A stretch of DNA of 63,456 nucleotides, filler included, from Squatina squatina (GCA_031763465.1; 4 parts of 3 records of this genome joined end to end with filler, not necessarily neighbours in it); one strand, 5' to 3'; counted from the whole stretch's first letter, positions 40,063 to 53,170 are shown. Program-made: numbers and translations. The notes: generated by a model not told the origin, from the letters alone.

Positions 40063-40701
40063 GGGGGCGACCAATTCAATTGCCCTGAGTTACTGGCACT
40101 AAGGGACGAATTGGTAAGCGCAAAGTTCCGGCCTCAGAACTCTCCCTTTAAGGCCTGCAATTTGACACTTAGAAAAACAAATTCTGACAGCTTTAAAAAG
40201 CGTGCTAATTTCAGCGCTAAAGGGCCAATACTTAGTTAATTTCAGCAGTCGAATTGCTCAATAAGACTAACTGCTTCCAATCAGCTCTCAGGTCACCTCA
40301 TTACTTAAAGGGTGGCCTTTCCCACACACAACCACTGCTTAGGTCAGTGCTGGTGGAGGTGGAGAGCAAACTGTTTGATTGTGTTGAGTACAGAAGAGAC
40401 CAGGATGGCACAGAGAGCTGGAGGGAGAGTCAGGGCAGCCTGCTTCACTGAGGAAGCCCTTGAGGCACTCGTTTCTGCAGTTGACAGAAGGGTTCAAAAC
40501 TGGTTTCCTGTAGCCAGAAGAAGGGGGACTGCAAAGATGATTCGGAGAGCCTGGAGGGACGTGGTCAATGAAGTGGCTTCCACGGATGTCACACCCAGGA
40601 ATGGAAATCAATGTAGAAAAAAATTTAATGATCTCACGCGAGTTGTGAAACTGAGTGTAAGTCTTGTAACAATGGCCACCTCATTGGGAGCTTGCTCCTT
40701 T
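40063..40701 (+). mobile_element. Second Harbinger 5' part with Myb/SANT-like ORF (ATG at 40405)
   Basis: Terminus GGGGGCGACCAATT; MAQRAGGRVRAACFTEEALEALVSAV.RR...W.DVVNEV......RNGNQCRKKFNDLTRVVK. Confidence 0.8.
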
Positions 40702-41157
40702 NNNNNNNNNNNNNNNNNNNNNNNNNNNNNNNNNNNNNNNNNNNNNNNNNNNNNNNNNNNNNNNNNNNNNNNNNNNNNNNNNNNNNNNNNNNNNNNNNNN
40801 NCCCTGTGAAAGCCCATTTGTAAAATATTGTCCGGAAATAGGTCATTTGTATTCTAAGCTAAGGGTAAGTATGTTTTTTAATTCTAAACAGGATTTGAAA
40901 CAAGCCTGGATTTCCTCACTCTGAGAAAACAGCTTGTTGAAAGATTCAACTATTTTATAAACATTGCGCAACCTATGTATAGGAACATAAGAGGCCATGC
41001 AAAGGGAACGGGCCATTCTACCTTTTGAGCTGCAGCATATTTACCTGATATTTGGGTTTATTTAACTGTTGTGTTTTTCTATGGAAGAATCTGTTTTTAT
41101 TTTCCGTCATTTTTAAATCTGCACGATATCTTACATCATTTTAAATCATAAAAATAC

Positions 41158-41276
41158 CTGGCTGGTAAAAAGTTGGAGACAGTTCCCTGGCGATCGCCCT
41201 TGCAATACTGGACTCATTGCTTGCAGCCTGTGAAGCCTGATCTGCAGCTTCGGCCTTGGTTTTTGCATGTGAAGAT
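41158..41276 (-). CDS. JPH2: Junctophilin-2 alpha-helical-region exon
   Basis: (R)[39 protein letters not shown](G); acceptor tttcccttcag, donor CCAG|gtatt; 119 bp; phase 1 matches the next exon at 39339; not in the ORF track. Confidence 0.92.
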
Positions 41277-42726
41277 CTGAAGGGAAATGATAAAGGTGCT
41301 TAGAAACTGAGATTTAAAGCACAAAATGTAATTTTAGCAATATAAAGTTTGATCCTTAACTAAATCAATGCCATTTTCAAACATTTTAAGAGGATGCCAA
41401 CTTGCCTGAAGGCCTTAAGGATTTGTGGAAGTTGATACCATTTATGAAGTGCACTATGTTAGCCCCAAGATGCAATTTTGTCATCAATCTCAAAACTGTA
41501 GTTTTCATCATGGGAGAAATATTTGTTTTTATTAACTCTCTTCTATTCTGGAATAGGTGGCTTAGGTGACTCACTGTTGCTTTTCCTTCTGTCTGGTGAT
41601 TTGGGGCAAAAATCCAGAACTTACCATGTGAGGAATTGCAGGCGGAAACAAATGTCGTGCAATTCAAGGCACAGTCCATTGGGAAACCTTTGTAAAACCT
41701 GTTTTGCTTTTGTAATAGAAATATTGTATGACCCCAAAACAAGTTAAAATTACTGCTGGCAGCTACCTTTCAGTAGGTCATCATGGAGAAGTAGCATGAT
41801 CTACATCAACTAGGCTGATGTTTAATAACGCTTCATGTACATAGCAAAGCTTTCAAAGTTTTTCCCCATTAAATTATTATTTTTTTGTATAGCATTAATG
41901 GAAAGTTTCCTGTCCAAGATACAATTTGGGCTGCAGATGTATCAATACTGAAATAACTACTATGCATGGAATAAAGATTACAATGTTCTGGGAATTTTAT
42001 GTACTGCCCAGCCACATAGTTTAGGTACAAACCAGTTCGAATCAGTTTTGACAGTTACCGTGTCTAGGTTGTGAGCAATCAGAAGAGAATTGCAGAAATG
42101 AAGGCAACAGTAAGGAAGCTGAATAAATTGTGAAGGGCCATCATTACAGCTGAGATTGTACTTCAAATGATTTACTACAAAACTGTACAAATAAAAAGTT
42201 ACATATTCCAGAAAAAGTCATGGTTCTTTTAAGCATTTCAGGAAAAGGAATTTTCCTTCCAACATTTTCATAATAGTGCAATATTCACTGCTCTTTACCT
42301 GGTCCAATCAGAAAACTCTCCAATATAAACCCAAGGTCTAATATTTAATTTTTCTACATTCTTCAGCTTACATTAAAAATATTTGTGTTCCTATCTAAAC
42401 CCAGACATTGGGGACGATAGGTGGAAAAAAGGAGCACTGCACAACCAAAATGGACACAAATAGGTTACAATCGCTTGCTTAAGTAAAAAACATGTCTAAT
42501 ATGACCACGGTTTACATTCACTTTCACAGTTAAGTAGCTTTACAAAACCTGCCATTGTGGTTTTAATTTCACAAATAAATATCAGCAATAATCAATTCAG
42601 GATTTCAGCACCACAATGTCTAATAATCTGCAGCATGAATGTATAAAAAACATATACTAACACGTGACATATTTAAAAGATGATTACTTCCACCTGGCAA
42701 TCTCAAGCCCACTAAAATGCCAATGA

Positions 42727-42843
<117 letters not shown>

Positions 42844-45800
42844 TAAATATTCNNNNNNNNNNNNNNNNNNNNNNNNNNNNNNNNNNNNNNNNNNNNNNNN
42901 NNNNNNNNNNNNNNNNNNNNNNNNNNNNNNNNNNNNNNNNNNNNNNNNNNNNCATAGCCCACATTTTCATCCACAAATTATAAACCAGCAGGCTTTGTTG
43001 CTCCTAATAACTTTTAGTAACCCACGGTTACAGGCCCTGATTTTCATACGTTGATAAGGCCTGTTTACAATGGGAACTCTGGCTGCTTAAATCAAGCTGT
43101 ACTAGAAAATCAGAACAGGCGGACCTCCAGGGGTAAGTCAGTGTGGGACATGTTGCTGGAGGTTCTGATGTTGGTCCAGTTAATGCCCTTTTTATACCTA
43201 AAAGCAAGACAAAAACCAGCCCCATATTTCTTTATAGTACAAGCACTGCACAAATGCATAGAGTTCAGATATATAAAAGACTGCATGGATTTAATTTAAA
43301 AACAATGTTACTGTGTTAATTTGATTAAGAATTGTGGAACTCTGCTTTGTCTAATAATGGGCAAAAGCTCAAGCAGTATCAAGAAAATGAATTGTTTGAT
43401 TTTGGCTCTAGCTTTTGAATGCTTTGCGGCTTGAAGTGTTCACCAGTCTGATCACTAGAGCTACAAAGAGGAGATGCCTCCGTGTGGATCCAAGTACTAA
43501 TCGGGAATAGGAGCAGACGTCGACTATCAGCTGTTGCATTCTCTTTCAGCAATGATAAACCAGCTTGTGCATTGCCTTATTTAGTAAGGGCTCACTGCTG
43601 ACTCTGGGAATCATGTGCGTCATTTTCACCCTGCTTGACTGGTCCAAAGAGACTCTCATTTCTAGTTGTATAGAGCATGTATGAGCACTGGGCATTTGAT
43701 GGCAATCAGAGAATCAAATGGCCAGATGCAACTGTGGTTTGAAAGGGCTGACAAAAGTACATGTTAATTATGTTGCTCAAACTTTACCTCAGCTTAGCAT
43801 TTATTTTATTTTGGAAACTTTTTCAAGGTTTATTTTTGCTAGAGTTTGATTCAAAAATAAGTCAAATTAACAAAAAAAAACTTTTAAGACTTGCCAAACA
43901 GACTTGGCATCGAATCAAACCCACAGTTTACAATTCATTGGGTAATATGTTGGCAATGATAACATTGTTTGAAAGAATATATAAGTTAGATAACTGGAAT
44001 AATCTCTGCTTTACACAGTCTATTTATCCATAGCATAAAATAATAGATTTATGCTTAAAACTGTACATACAATGTTTTGCCCGACCATTAAACTCTCTTG
44101 GAATCCTAAAATTTAATCAGATTGACTCTGATTTGTCATAGGGAGTAAATGCTGCACTTCAGTCTGCTTCTTGTCTTTATTTGGTCTTATCCCTCATGAC
44201 CTTTTAGTAAAGCATTTTGCAGAGTGCACTGCATTACAAACAAGGACAACTTTAGTACTACTTGATTTGTCTGCATTTCCTTAAATCCAGTCCTGTCTCT
44301 CTAAACTCTCACTCCTCTGCCCAAAGCCACAATATCTAATCTCTTGATGTCGTTCCCCATTTAAGAGGCCAAACCACACGAAGCTGTTTTCTATTCAAGC
44401 CTGTTTTTATCCAATCTGATGTTGACACTTACTTTTCTCCCTACAGGGCTTAAATTAAAGTCACAGAACCAATACAAAGCCAAAACAGCAAGCAACAATA
44501 AACAGTGATCCATCAGCATATTAAACACTGAAAAATGGATTTCTGTTACCTAGATACAAAGATACCTGTTGTACAAGAAGCTTCCTGGATGTGAGAACGG
44601 AGGGAATTTACTGTTATTGGAATGTTTTCACTAATCCATGTGACTTTCAGTAACACTGATCCATCAACAGTTTTATTGGTCTGAGTTTAGTGGGCTGCTG
44701 TCAGCTTCAAGCTCTCACTACTAATCAATTTAATTTTATTTTTAAAGAAAAAAATCTGTGCAAGTTTGAAGTATTCTTACATGACAGAATAACATTTAAT
44801 TTAAATGATTATTCATACTAGCTATGTTATTTTCTAGTAATGAACTGTAAATTATCACTTGATAAACCTTCAGTATTGCAATCAGCAATCATTCAGTGAG
44901 AACCATATTACATATTGACTGCAAGGAGCATGCTACTGATGTCTGCCTAACACCCATTTTACATAAAGGAAATGACTATGCTAAGTTGCCAGTATAACAT
45001 GCAAAAAAAAAGTGACCTCAAAGTGACCTCAAAAATTGTCATATGAACCCAACTGAGCCACTAATGCCCTTTAGGGAAGGAAACCTGCTGTCCTTATCTG
45101 GGCCGGTGTATATGTGACTCCAGCCCCACACCAATGTCGNNNNNNNNNNNNNNNNNNNNNNNNNNNNNNNNNNNNNNNNNNNNNNNNNNNNNNNNNNNNN
45201 NNNNNNNNNNNNNNNNNNNNNNNNNNNNNNNNNNNNNNNCAATTGCAAAAGTGTGGAATATATAGTAAAATTTCAAAACACAATGATGATTCTAAAACAA
45301 TCAACTTAAGAATGGGGACAAAGACAGCCATTGATAGACCCCGATCATTGGTTGATGTACCCCTTTGTCATGAGAATGAATACTTTATTTATGGAAGATC
45401 GTGTGACAAATCTCAGAATGGCAAAATGCCAAACAATTGGGTGTAGTGATATTTACACTACAACGGTCTAAAATTATAATTGTATGAGAGGTGGCAGTGT
45501 CATTAAGCACAGAGCAAATCTTTGGAGCCTACTCATGTCTCACACACACCTTTGGGCTAAAAGACTGAGTTGGAGATCTGTCCATAGCTCTCCACCAATG
45601 TTATGTTATTGTCAACCATTAGGATTTGAACAAGAACAGTAAACTCTGGAGAAAGGCCTGGTTTTCACACAATGACATAGGTAAGATTANNNNNNNNNNG
45701 GTATCTAAATGTCTGCTTGTTATACGCCCCGCTTTATATTAAGTTGTAATGTAACTGAATACCGGGTGGCTATTATAGCAGGCGGCTGATACGATAGCGC

Positions 45801-46142
45801 CCGTTTTTCTGTGCCCAAGATGAATTTCTACCTTTTTTGGAAATCACAGTGGGGAACCCACATCTGACCCCTGTTTGGCACAGCATATTGCAGTTCCAAT
45901 GCCCTAAGCTATCCTTTTATGTATGCTACAAAAACTGCAAATTCCTCAAAAGACTCTATATTGCAGCAGATTTATTTTGATAATTTAAATCAGTGCTAAT
46001 TTTTCTAAAATGCAGAACTGTATCCTTGCCGGTTACACATAATAGCATATCTATTTTCAGAGATTCAATCTGTTCAATTAAATCAGAAATTGGAAGTGTT
46101 AGAAATAATATAAAATGCAACATGCCATAATACAATAAATGA

Positions 46143-46620
46143 AAGAAAGTAAGAAAGAACTTGCATTTACATGGCACCTTTAATGACCTCTGGACATCCC
46201 AAAGCACTTTACAACCAAAGAAGTACTTTTTGAAGTATAGTCATTGTTGTGATGTAGAAACGCATCAGCCAAATTGCTCACAGCAAGGTCCCACAAACAG
46301 CAATAAGGTAATGACCAGATAATCTTATAGTGATGTTGGTTGAGGAATAAATATTGGCCAGAATAACAGGAGTACTCCCTTGCTCTTCAAATATGTATCA
46401 TATATGTAACATGGGATCTTTTATGTCCACTTGAGAGGGCAGGTAGGGCCTTAATTTAAAGTCTCATCTGAAAATCTGAATTTCCAACAGTGCAGTACTC
46501 CCTCAAAAAGGCACTGAAATGTCAACCTAGATTATGTACTGAAATTTCTGGAGTGAGACTTGAACCTACAATCTTCCAACTCAGAGGCAAGAATATTACC
46601 ACTGAGTGAAGACTGACACC
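46143..46620 (-). mobile_element. Full-length tRNA-derived Deu-domain SINE (SacSINE1-like)
   Basis: Minus-strand head with A-box-like (ctcagtggta) and B-box-like (ggttcaagtc) motifs, central gcactgttgga..ttcagatgagac..taaa..aaggccc segment and (ttc)-rich tail; homologous to 48803-49260. Confidence 0.75.
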
Positions 46621-48565
46621 AGAATGGTTTTAGCACATTAAGGAATGTTGTATTAAACAAAACTAAGTGTTAACAAGATCTCTGAAGTTCTAATGGAAAC
46701 GGCATACCTGTGTATTGATCATTTTAAAATTTAAGTATGATTATTTGCTGACTGTCTTGATTTTGTACAGCCAGCAGCTCTGGTGCAGAATAATTCAAAA
46801 CAGTGTTAGGTTCAGAAACTGAATGAAACTTTACGTTAGGGATAATGTTAATAACTACTTAATGGATAATAGTATTTGTTATTTCCCCAATGCTAATTAT
46901 AAGTGTGAAACTAAACAACATCTGGAAAGAGGACTTTGGCCACTGACATGCCCTAATTCATCTCATATGTTATTCATTGTGGTTTTCAGTTGAAGTTGTG
47001 AATTTTCAGAATGCAGATTTTTAATACTTTGCTGAAATAAAAATGAAAGTGTAATCTTGCATGGGAGTTAGATTAGTTTACGTAATCCGAATCATCTTTA
47101 TCCATAACCAGACGCTCGCACTGATTTCAACATGTTGTACTGCATATGTAATAACTTATGGATTCATCTGTTGCAATGTTTTCAGTCTTGTTAAAATATA
47201 TATGAATAATACCCTTCAAAGATATTCATTGCATATACTGCAGTGTAATATTGCAGTTAAGAGTTGATGTAATGTGATTTGCTTTGTTACTATGGAAACT
47301 AGCCAACACCTCTGGCAGCATCACTGTATAGTGCACACCGTATACAAGATGGTAAATTGTTATATAAGTTGGAACATTTTATTAATATAGATGCTTTGCA
47401 TTGTATTAACTGTCCCAATAATAAGCTTATACATAAGAGGACTAATGTTTGTTATGTGCTTATAACCAATACTATACAATGGGAGATAAATTTTTACAAA
47501 TTGCTTCAATTAAAAATATATACAGAAATTCAGGCAAAAGTTAATATACATTCATGTGTAATGATTCTATTGCTCTGTGATAATTTCACTGGAGGAAATA
47601 CAATCCTTTCCATCAATCGACTTAACCAAGATCAAATGCTAAATATTTTAATTATGAATGAGATTAACAGTTGTTTAATAGATTTTATAAAGCCCAGTAT
47701 TCGTTATTTGCCCAATACTAGCTATAAAATGTAAAACTGAATTGTGGGCTTGTCTGATGCATTTTTTTTTGAAGTGTTTTGAGAATGTTGCCTTATTATA
47801 ATTTGATCAAAGAAAATGAAATTGAGATAATTACATAAGAATTTATTTCAGTCCGAATCCAATAACATCTTGCTTTCCAGGTTGGAATCATTCTAACAAC
47901 TGATGATAATTAATTACTGGTTGTACAATAATTCCTAAAGGCTGCATATTCAATTTCCAAAATAGCAAGGATAATTTTAACAAACAAATCAAGTTTGAAA
48001 TAAAGGAATTAACTGTAACAATAACCCATTTAGAGATAAGGCGTCCTCTCATTATCAATATCCAGTTTTGTATGAAAATTCAGCCGTAGAATATAATTCA
48101 GAATACTGAAAAAATTAAATTTGCATTTCATAGAATATTAGAATAAATACATTACAGCTTACACAAATGAAACCTAAGGAGATCAGATTAAAAGGAGTTT
48201 GAGATGCAAGAGGAAACACCTATGGTTATAATATAAACAGTAGACTGGAGACTTGGCGGAGTGACAGCCCATTTTAGCTGCAATAGAACTCCTATTAGGG
48301 TAATAATTATACTGATCAGGCAAAGAAAGTCAGCGGAAAATGTAAGGTTCAGACTGGTTGCATTTTACAGGAGCTACTGAATTTTTTTTCTACTCTCCTG
48401 AGATAATATCACTCAATAAACTTTAAGATATGTTTTGAGAATTTGTTTATTTCTTTCAAGTAGGTAACAGCCGGTCAATCCCTACAACCCAGAGGTGGGG
48501 AGAGGAAATCCTGGGATTTCAGGATGGGAGAGTGGCCAATGTAGTACCCATTTTTAAAAGGGGAG

Positions 48566-48665
48566 NNNNNNNNNNNNNNNNNNNNNNNNNNNNNNNNNNN
48601 NNNNNNNNNTTAATTAATTAANNNNNNNNNNNNNNNNNNNNNNNNNNNNNNNNNNNNNNNNNNNN
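48566..48665. other. Artificial scaffold spacer (44N-TTAATTAATTAA-44N)
   Basis: Same 12-mer at 48610-48621. Confidence 0.95.
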
Positions 48666-48802
48666 AGTCAGATGTATTCAGTATTGCATCTCTTTATATT
48701 TTACCCACATGAAATATCCACAAGGTATTTATCAACTCTTTCAAAAACCTGACTGGAAAACATATAAAAATCTCCTGCCGAAAAATCTCTTGGCTTTCTC
48801 TC

Positions 48803-49260
48803 AAGAAAGAAGAAGGAAAGGCTTGCGTTTATATAGTGCTTTCCACGACCACCAGACAATGAAGTACTTTTGGAGTGTAGTCACTGTTGTAATGTGGGAA
48901 ATGTAGCAGCCAATTTGCACACAGCAAGCTCCCACAATCAGCAATATGATAATGACCAGATAAACCGTTTTTGTTATGTTGATTGATGGATAAATATTGG
49001 CCAGGACACCAGGGTTAACTCCCTGCTCTTCTTCGAAATAGTACCATAGGATCTTTTACATCCACCTGAGAGAGCAGACGGGGCCTCGGTTTAATATTTC
49101 ATCTGAAAGACGGCACCTCCGACAGTGCAGCACTCCCGCAGCACTGGAGTGTCAGCCTAGATTTGTGTGTTCAAGTCTCTGGAGTGGGACTTAACCATAA
49201 CCCACAACCCACAACCTTCTGACTCAGAGGCGAGTGTGCTACCCAATGAACCACAGCTGA
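48803..49260 (-). mobile_element. Full-length tRNA-derived Deu-domain SINE (SacSINE1-like)
   Basis: Minus strand gcactgtcggaggtgccgtctttcagatgaaatattaaaccgaggccccgtctgc matches the Deu core as recalled; tRNA-like head with a small aacccac duplication. Confidence 0.8.
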
Positions 49261-49415
49261 GACTCAAAGATTGAGTCTGTTGGATAGAGCCCATGACAAG
49301 ACGAGTTATTAATGAAAGGAACAAGATTAAAGAATCAAATGAGCTCTTCTTGTTCCACAAGTTCTCATGTTGTTCTGTAAAATTAGGAACACCCTTTGTC
49401 ATCTTTCTCTTTCAG

Positions 49416-49589
49416 ACTCTTAACATGGTGACCCCAACCCTACGAGTGGAGGACTGCAGCATAGCACTTCTTCCCCGAAACCATGAGAAGAATCGCTGCA
49501 TGGATGTCCTTCCACCAGACAGGTGCCTCCCATTCCTGATCACAATAGATGGTGAAAGTAGTAATTACATCAACGCTGCCCTAATGGAT
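49416..49589 (+). CDS. PTPRM: Receptor-type tyrosine-protein phosphatase mu, exon at the start of the D2 domain
   Basis: [58 protein letters not shown]; ttcag acceptor, gtgagt donor, 174 bp; synteny with RAB12 and MTCL1. Confidence 0.93.
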
Positions 49590-50468
49590 GTGAGTAATTG
49601 ATATTCCAGTAATGATACTTATAAGAAGCCTCAAGATAGCGTTACGGTGCTTTTTATATTTGTTTTTTCATTAAATGTTTAATTGATTGGCTTTGATGTA
49701 AAATGTTAAATTGTCCTCATTACTCATTACATACAGTGGTTATAATACTGGAGTAGCAATTCAGAGGTCGTGAGTACAAATCCCATGTTGTTAAGACAAT
49801 GTTGTCCAATGGAAATTGCTGACTTACCACAGGCATGGCTACAGCAATGCCATTTTAGCCACATGCACTGATTTTAGTAGAAAATGCCTTGCATGCAATA
49901 TAGGTAAATATACTTCTCAAACATCTACCGCCATTCAGTGTGAAACTTTGCAGGCTTTCTCTTTCACCAAAGTTCGGATTTGTGGCATGTCTTGGTCAGA
50001 GTCGGCACATCTTAGCACAGCCTCTAGGTTTTTGTCCNNNNNNNNNNNNNNNNNNNNNNNNNNNNNNNNNNNNNNNNNNNNNNNNNNNNNNNNNNNNNNN
50101 NNNNNNNNNNNNNNNNNNNNNNNNNNNNNNNNNNNNNGCTACATTAAAGGTGCTATATAAATACAAGTTGCTGTTGTTGGTGATGTTTCCAACTGACCCA
50201 TGATTCAGAGCTGTGGAAAATAAAGGACTGCATCGTTGAGGGATTTTAAAAAAATTGTTGCAGTTCACAAATTTGCTTGGTTTCCAAGGCATGCTGGGAA
50301 AGGCAGGTTTTGAAGTTCCCCCGTTAAACAATGGGAGGGAGCTGGTTTACCAAATGGGCGAAAACTGGAGAGGGGACAGTAAGGTTGAGCATTCTTAGCA
50401 AGGTTACTTAGTAACATACATTTCTCTTTTCTGTCTTCCTATCTTTGGATGGGCATGTGCTCACGCAG

Positions 50469-50632
50469 CCTCAGGATGGCTATCGGATGGTTCAGCAGTT
50501 CCAGTTTCTGGGCTGGCCCATGTACCGAGACAATCCCGTATCGAAACGGTCCTTCCTGAAACTCATCAGACAGGTGGAGAAGTGGCAGGAGGAGTATGAC
50601 GGTGGAGAGGGCCGCACAGTTGTACACTGTCT
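50469..50632 (+). CDS. PTPRM: PTPRM D2-domain exon
   Basis: [54 protein letters not shown](L); cgcag acceptor, gtaagt donor, 164 bp. Confidence 0.93.
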
Positions 50633-50671
50633 GTAAGTGCACTCTCTGTTCTCTGTTATGACTTTCATTTC

Positions 50672-50692
50672 ATATATATATATATATATATA
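50672..50692. repeat. (AT)n microsatellite
   Basis: About 10 AT units. Confidence 0.9.
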
Positions 50693-51374
50693 GTGATTAA
50701 TTTATAAAAATTGTATCAAACAAATGGAATTGCGTTTTGTGCGCCTGATTTTGATGTCATGATAAAGGTGGATGTGTGATTGGGGTACAAACAGAGACTG
50801 ATGAAGCTTATCTGGGCTAATTGTAAAGTATGGTTATTGTTATATCTTGGAGTTGAAGGATTCATAGGCTGCTTAACAGTCTTAACATGTGAACGCTCCA
50901 TGCATGTCCATAACCATCTTTATACCAGCTGATAGAGTGGTTAGACTTATACGGCAGGAGGTTTTTATGGACTCCCATATGAGGAGGGGGTGAGCATCCA
51001 CACCCACACTCACCAGAGTCAAGTTCCTGTTGAATGCCAACCCAGAGTTCAGAACCAGAGCTCTGGTCTCCAGTTGCTAAGACTGTCTGGAGTGGAGCTC
51101 AAACTTTCTGGCTCAGAGGTGGAAAAACTGCCACTAAGATGAGAAGGCAGATCAAATTATTCCACACAAAGGGCAATAGGCTTGCACCATGAGTTGCTAG
51201 GAAAAGTCCTTGAGTTTGTGTAAATTAATGAGCTTTGAGTACTTAGATAGCATAATAGATTTGGATACAAGGGCTAATTCCATGATTCCCTACTTGCAGC
51301 TGGGATCCAGGCTCACAGGAATCATTGAGTCAGAGAGTCGGGAAAACTTATTTCCCACCCACGCTACCTGCAAG

Positions 51375-51451
51375 CATAAGAAATAGGAGCAGGAGTAGGC
51401 CATTCGGCCCGTCGAGCCCGCTCCGCCATTCAATTGGATCATGGCTGATCC
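51375..51451 (-). mobile_element. CR1 3' tail fragment
   Basis: cataagaaataggagcaggagtaggccattcggcccgtcgagcccgctccgccattcaat is the reverse complement of the CR1 tail. Confidence 0.8.
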
Positions 51452-51551
51452 NNNNNNNNNNNNNNNNNNNNNNNNNNNNNNNNNNNNNNNNNNNNNNNNN
51501 NNNNNNNNNNNNNNNNNNNNNNNNNNNNNNNNNNNNNNNNNNNNNNNNNNN

Positions 51552-51779
51552 CCAACTCCAGGTCGGTTTCGGCCAACAGCCTTTCCACCCCGCCGAGCCC
51601 CAGTCCCGGCTCCGGCGCCAGCCCGAGCCCCGCCAACTCCCGGCGCCGGAGGCCGCCGCCGCGGCCGGCCGACTACAAGCTGCAGGTCATCATCATCGGC
51701 AGCCGCGGCGTGGGTAAGACCAGCCTGATGGAGCGCTTCACGGACGACACCTTCAGCGAGGCCTGCAAATCCACCGTTG
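51552..51779 (+). CDS. RAB12: Ras-related protein Rab-12, first coding exon (5' end lost in a gap)
   Basis: ...[46 protein letters not shown](G); P-loop GSRGVGKT; donor G|gtgagt, phase 1; CpG-island composition. Confidence 0.93.
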
Positions 51780-51914
51780 GTGAGTGAGTGAGTGGGTGGC
51801 GAGCTGGCGGAAAAGCGGGCGACTCACTGAAAGGAGGGGCAGAGAATCTATGAACCGTTCATCACCTGTTTGTGCTCACTGTGTCGAGGCTGGCCGCTGG
51901 CCGCGAGCACCACC

Positions 51915-52212
51915 ATGTCGAAAGTGATCCAGAAGAAGAACCACTGGACAGCCAAAGTGCACGAAAGTGTGGTCTGCAAGGACCGGCACGGCGAGCTGAA
52001 TTTCGGGATCTCGGGCGGGGCAGAGAACGGGGAGTTCTCCTACCTGAGGGAAGCCAATCCGGAGCAGATCGTTTACAGCACCGGGGAGCTGAGGGAAGGC
52101 GAGTTGCTGCTGGAAGTTGACGGAGTCCACGTGTCCGGGCTCCCTCTGTATGATGTGCGCGGTGTGGTGAAGAGCAGCAAAGGTCCGATCCGCCTGAAAA
52201 CTGTCAAACAAG
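51915..52212 (+). CDS. MAGI1: MAGI1-type first coding exon (N-terminal PDZ0 domain)
   Basis: Kozak caccaccATG; MSKVIQKKNHWT...GGAENGEF.Y...EGELLLEV.G..VSGLPLYDV...KGPIRLKTVKQ(G); donor G|gtatga, phase 1; location inside RAB12 is anomalous. Confidence 0.85.
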
Positions 52213-53031
52213 GTATGAAACTAGGCGTCCTNNNNNNNNNNNNNNNNNNNNNNNNNNNNNNNNNNNNNNNNNNNNNNNNNNNNNNNNNNNNNNNNNNNNN
52301 NNNNNNNNNNNNNNNNNNNNNNNNNNNNNNNTAACTGTCTGTGTGTTCTCATCCCTCATCTGTGTGACTCTTAAGATCTGGCTGCAAGAGGCTGGCAAAT
52401 AATAACACTGTATCTACAGGAGCTTATGGAGGTAAAACGTGCTACTTTATTCAAGCTGTATTGTGAGTTTGATATTACTGATCACATGTGTTTATCCTTC
52501 TACCCCATGCAGGTCAAAATAAAGTTACTGAACTTAAATCTCTTTTGGATTCTTTATCTGTCAGGCTAATTTTTTTTTAAATTAATGAATAACGTTGCAG
52601 CCCTTTTTCTAACCATATTTGAAGTTAAACAGTATTGGTCATCAGTGCTGTAATGATCCATCTATAGGAAATCTGCACTTCTAATATTCCACGGTAATGT
52701 TTTATGTATTTAGTTAGCGCCATTTTATTTTTCTCCCCACTTAACAGACTGGCATTTACCAGATGTTGAGTATCTGATTGAAGTACTGATCTGACCACGA
52801 TTATTTTAATAAACCAGAGATCTTGTGGACCTTAATACTGAGCGAACTGCATGAATCTTTTGTATTGCAGTGTCCTGGATTAGTGACATGACTGCAGAAC
52901 TCAAATGTTTTGATTAGGCTGGTGGCAGGGAGAAAGCAACCAAACTGGCCAATGTACCAGAATGGATGTGCTTCTTTGATGTACCCAACTGTAAATATTC
53001 TTCTGAATTTTTCAATCACATTTTTCTTCAG

Positions 53032-53170
53032 GGATACTGCAGGGCAGGAGAGGTTCAACAGCATTACTTCAGCATATTACAGGAGTGCCAAGGGAATTGT
53101 CTTAGTGTATGACATCACGAAAAAAGAAACGTTTGAAGATGTACCGAAATGGATGAAAATGATTGACAAG
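53032..53170 (+). CDS. RAB12: RAB12 internal exon (G3 / switch II)
   Basis: (W)[46 protein letters not shown]; tttttcttcag acceptor, gtaatg donor; 139 bp. Confidence 0.95.

Noticed and set aside
42601-42620. TTCAGCACCAC REST/NRSE half-site (similar at 21182)
   Set aside because: The right half (GGACAG) is missing; not a supportable NRSE
46545-46620. tRNA-like sequence (also 49180-49260)
   Set aside because: SINE heads with degenerate A/B boxes; no intact cloverleaf
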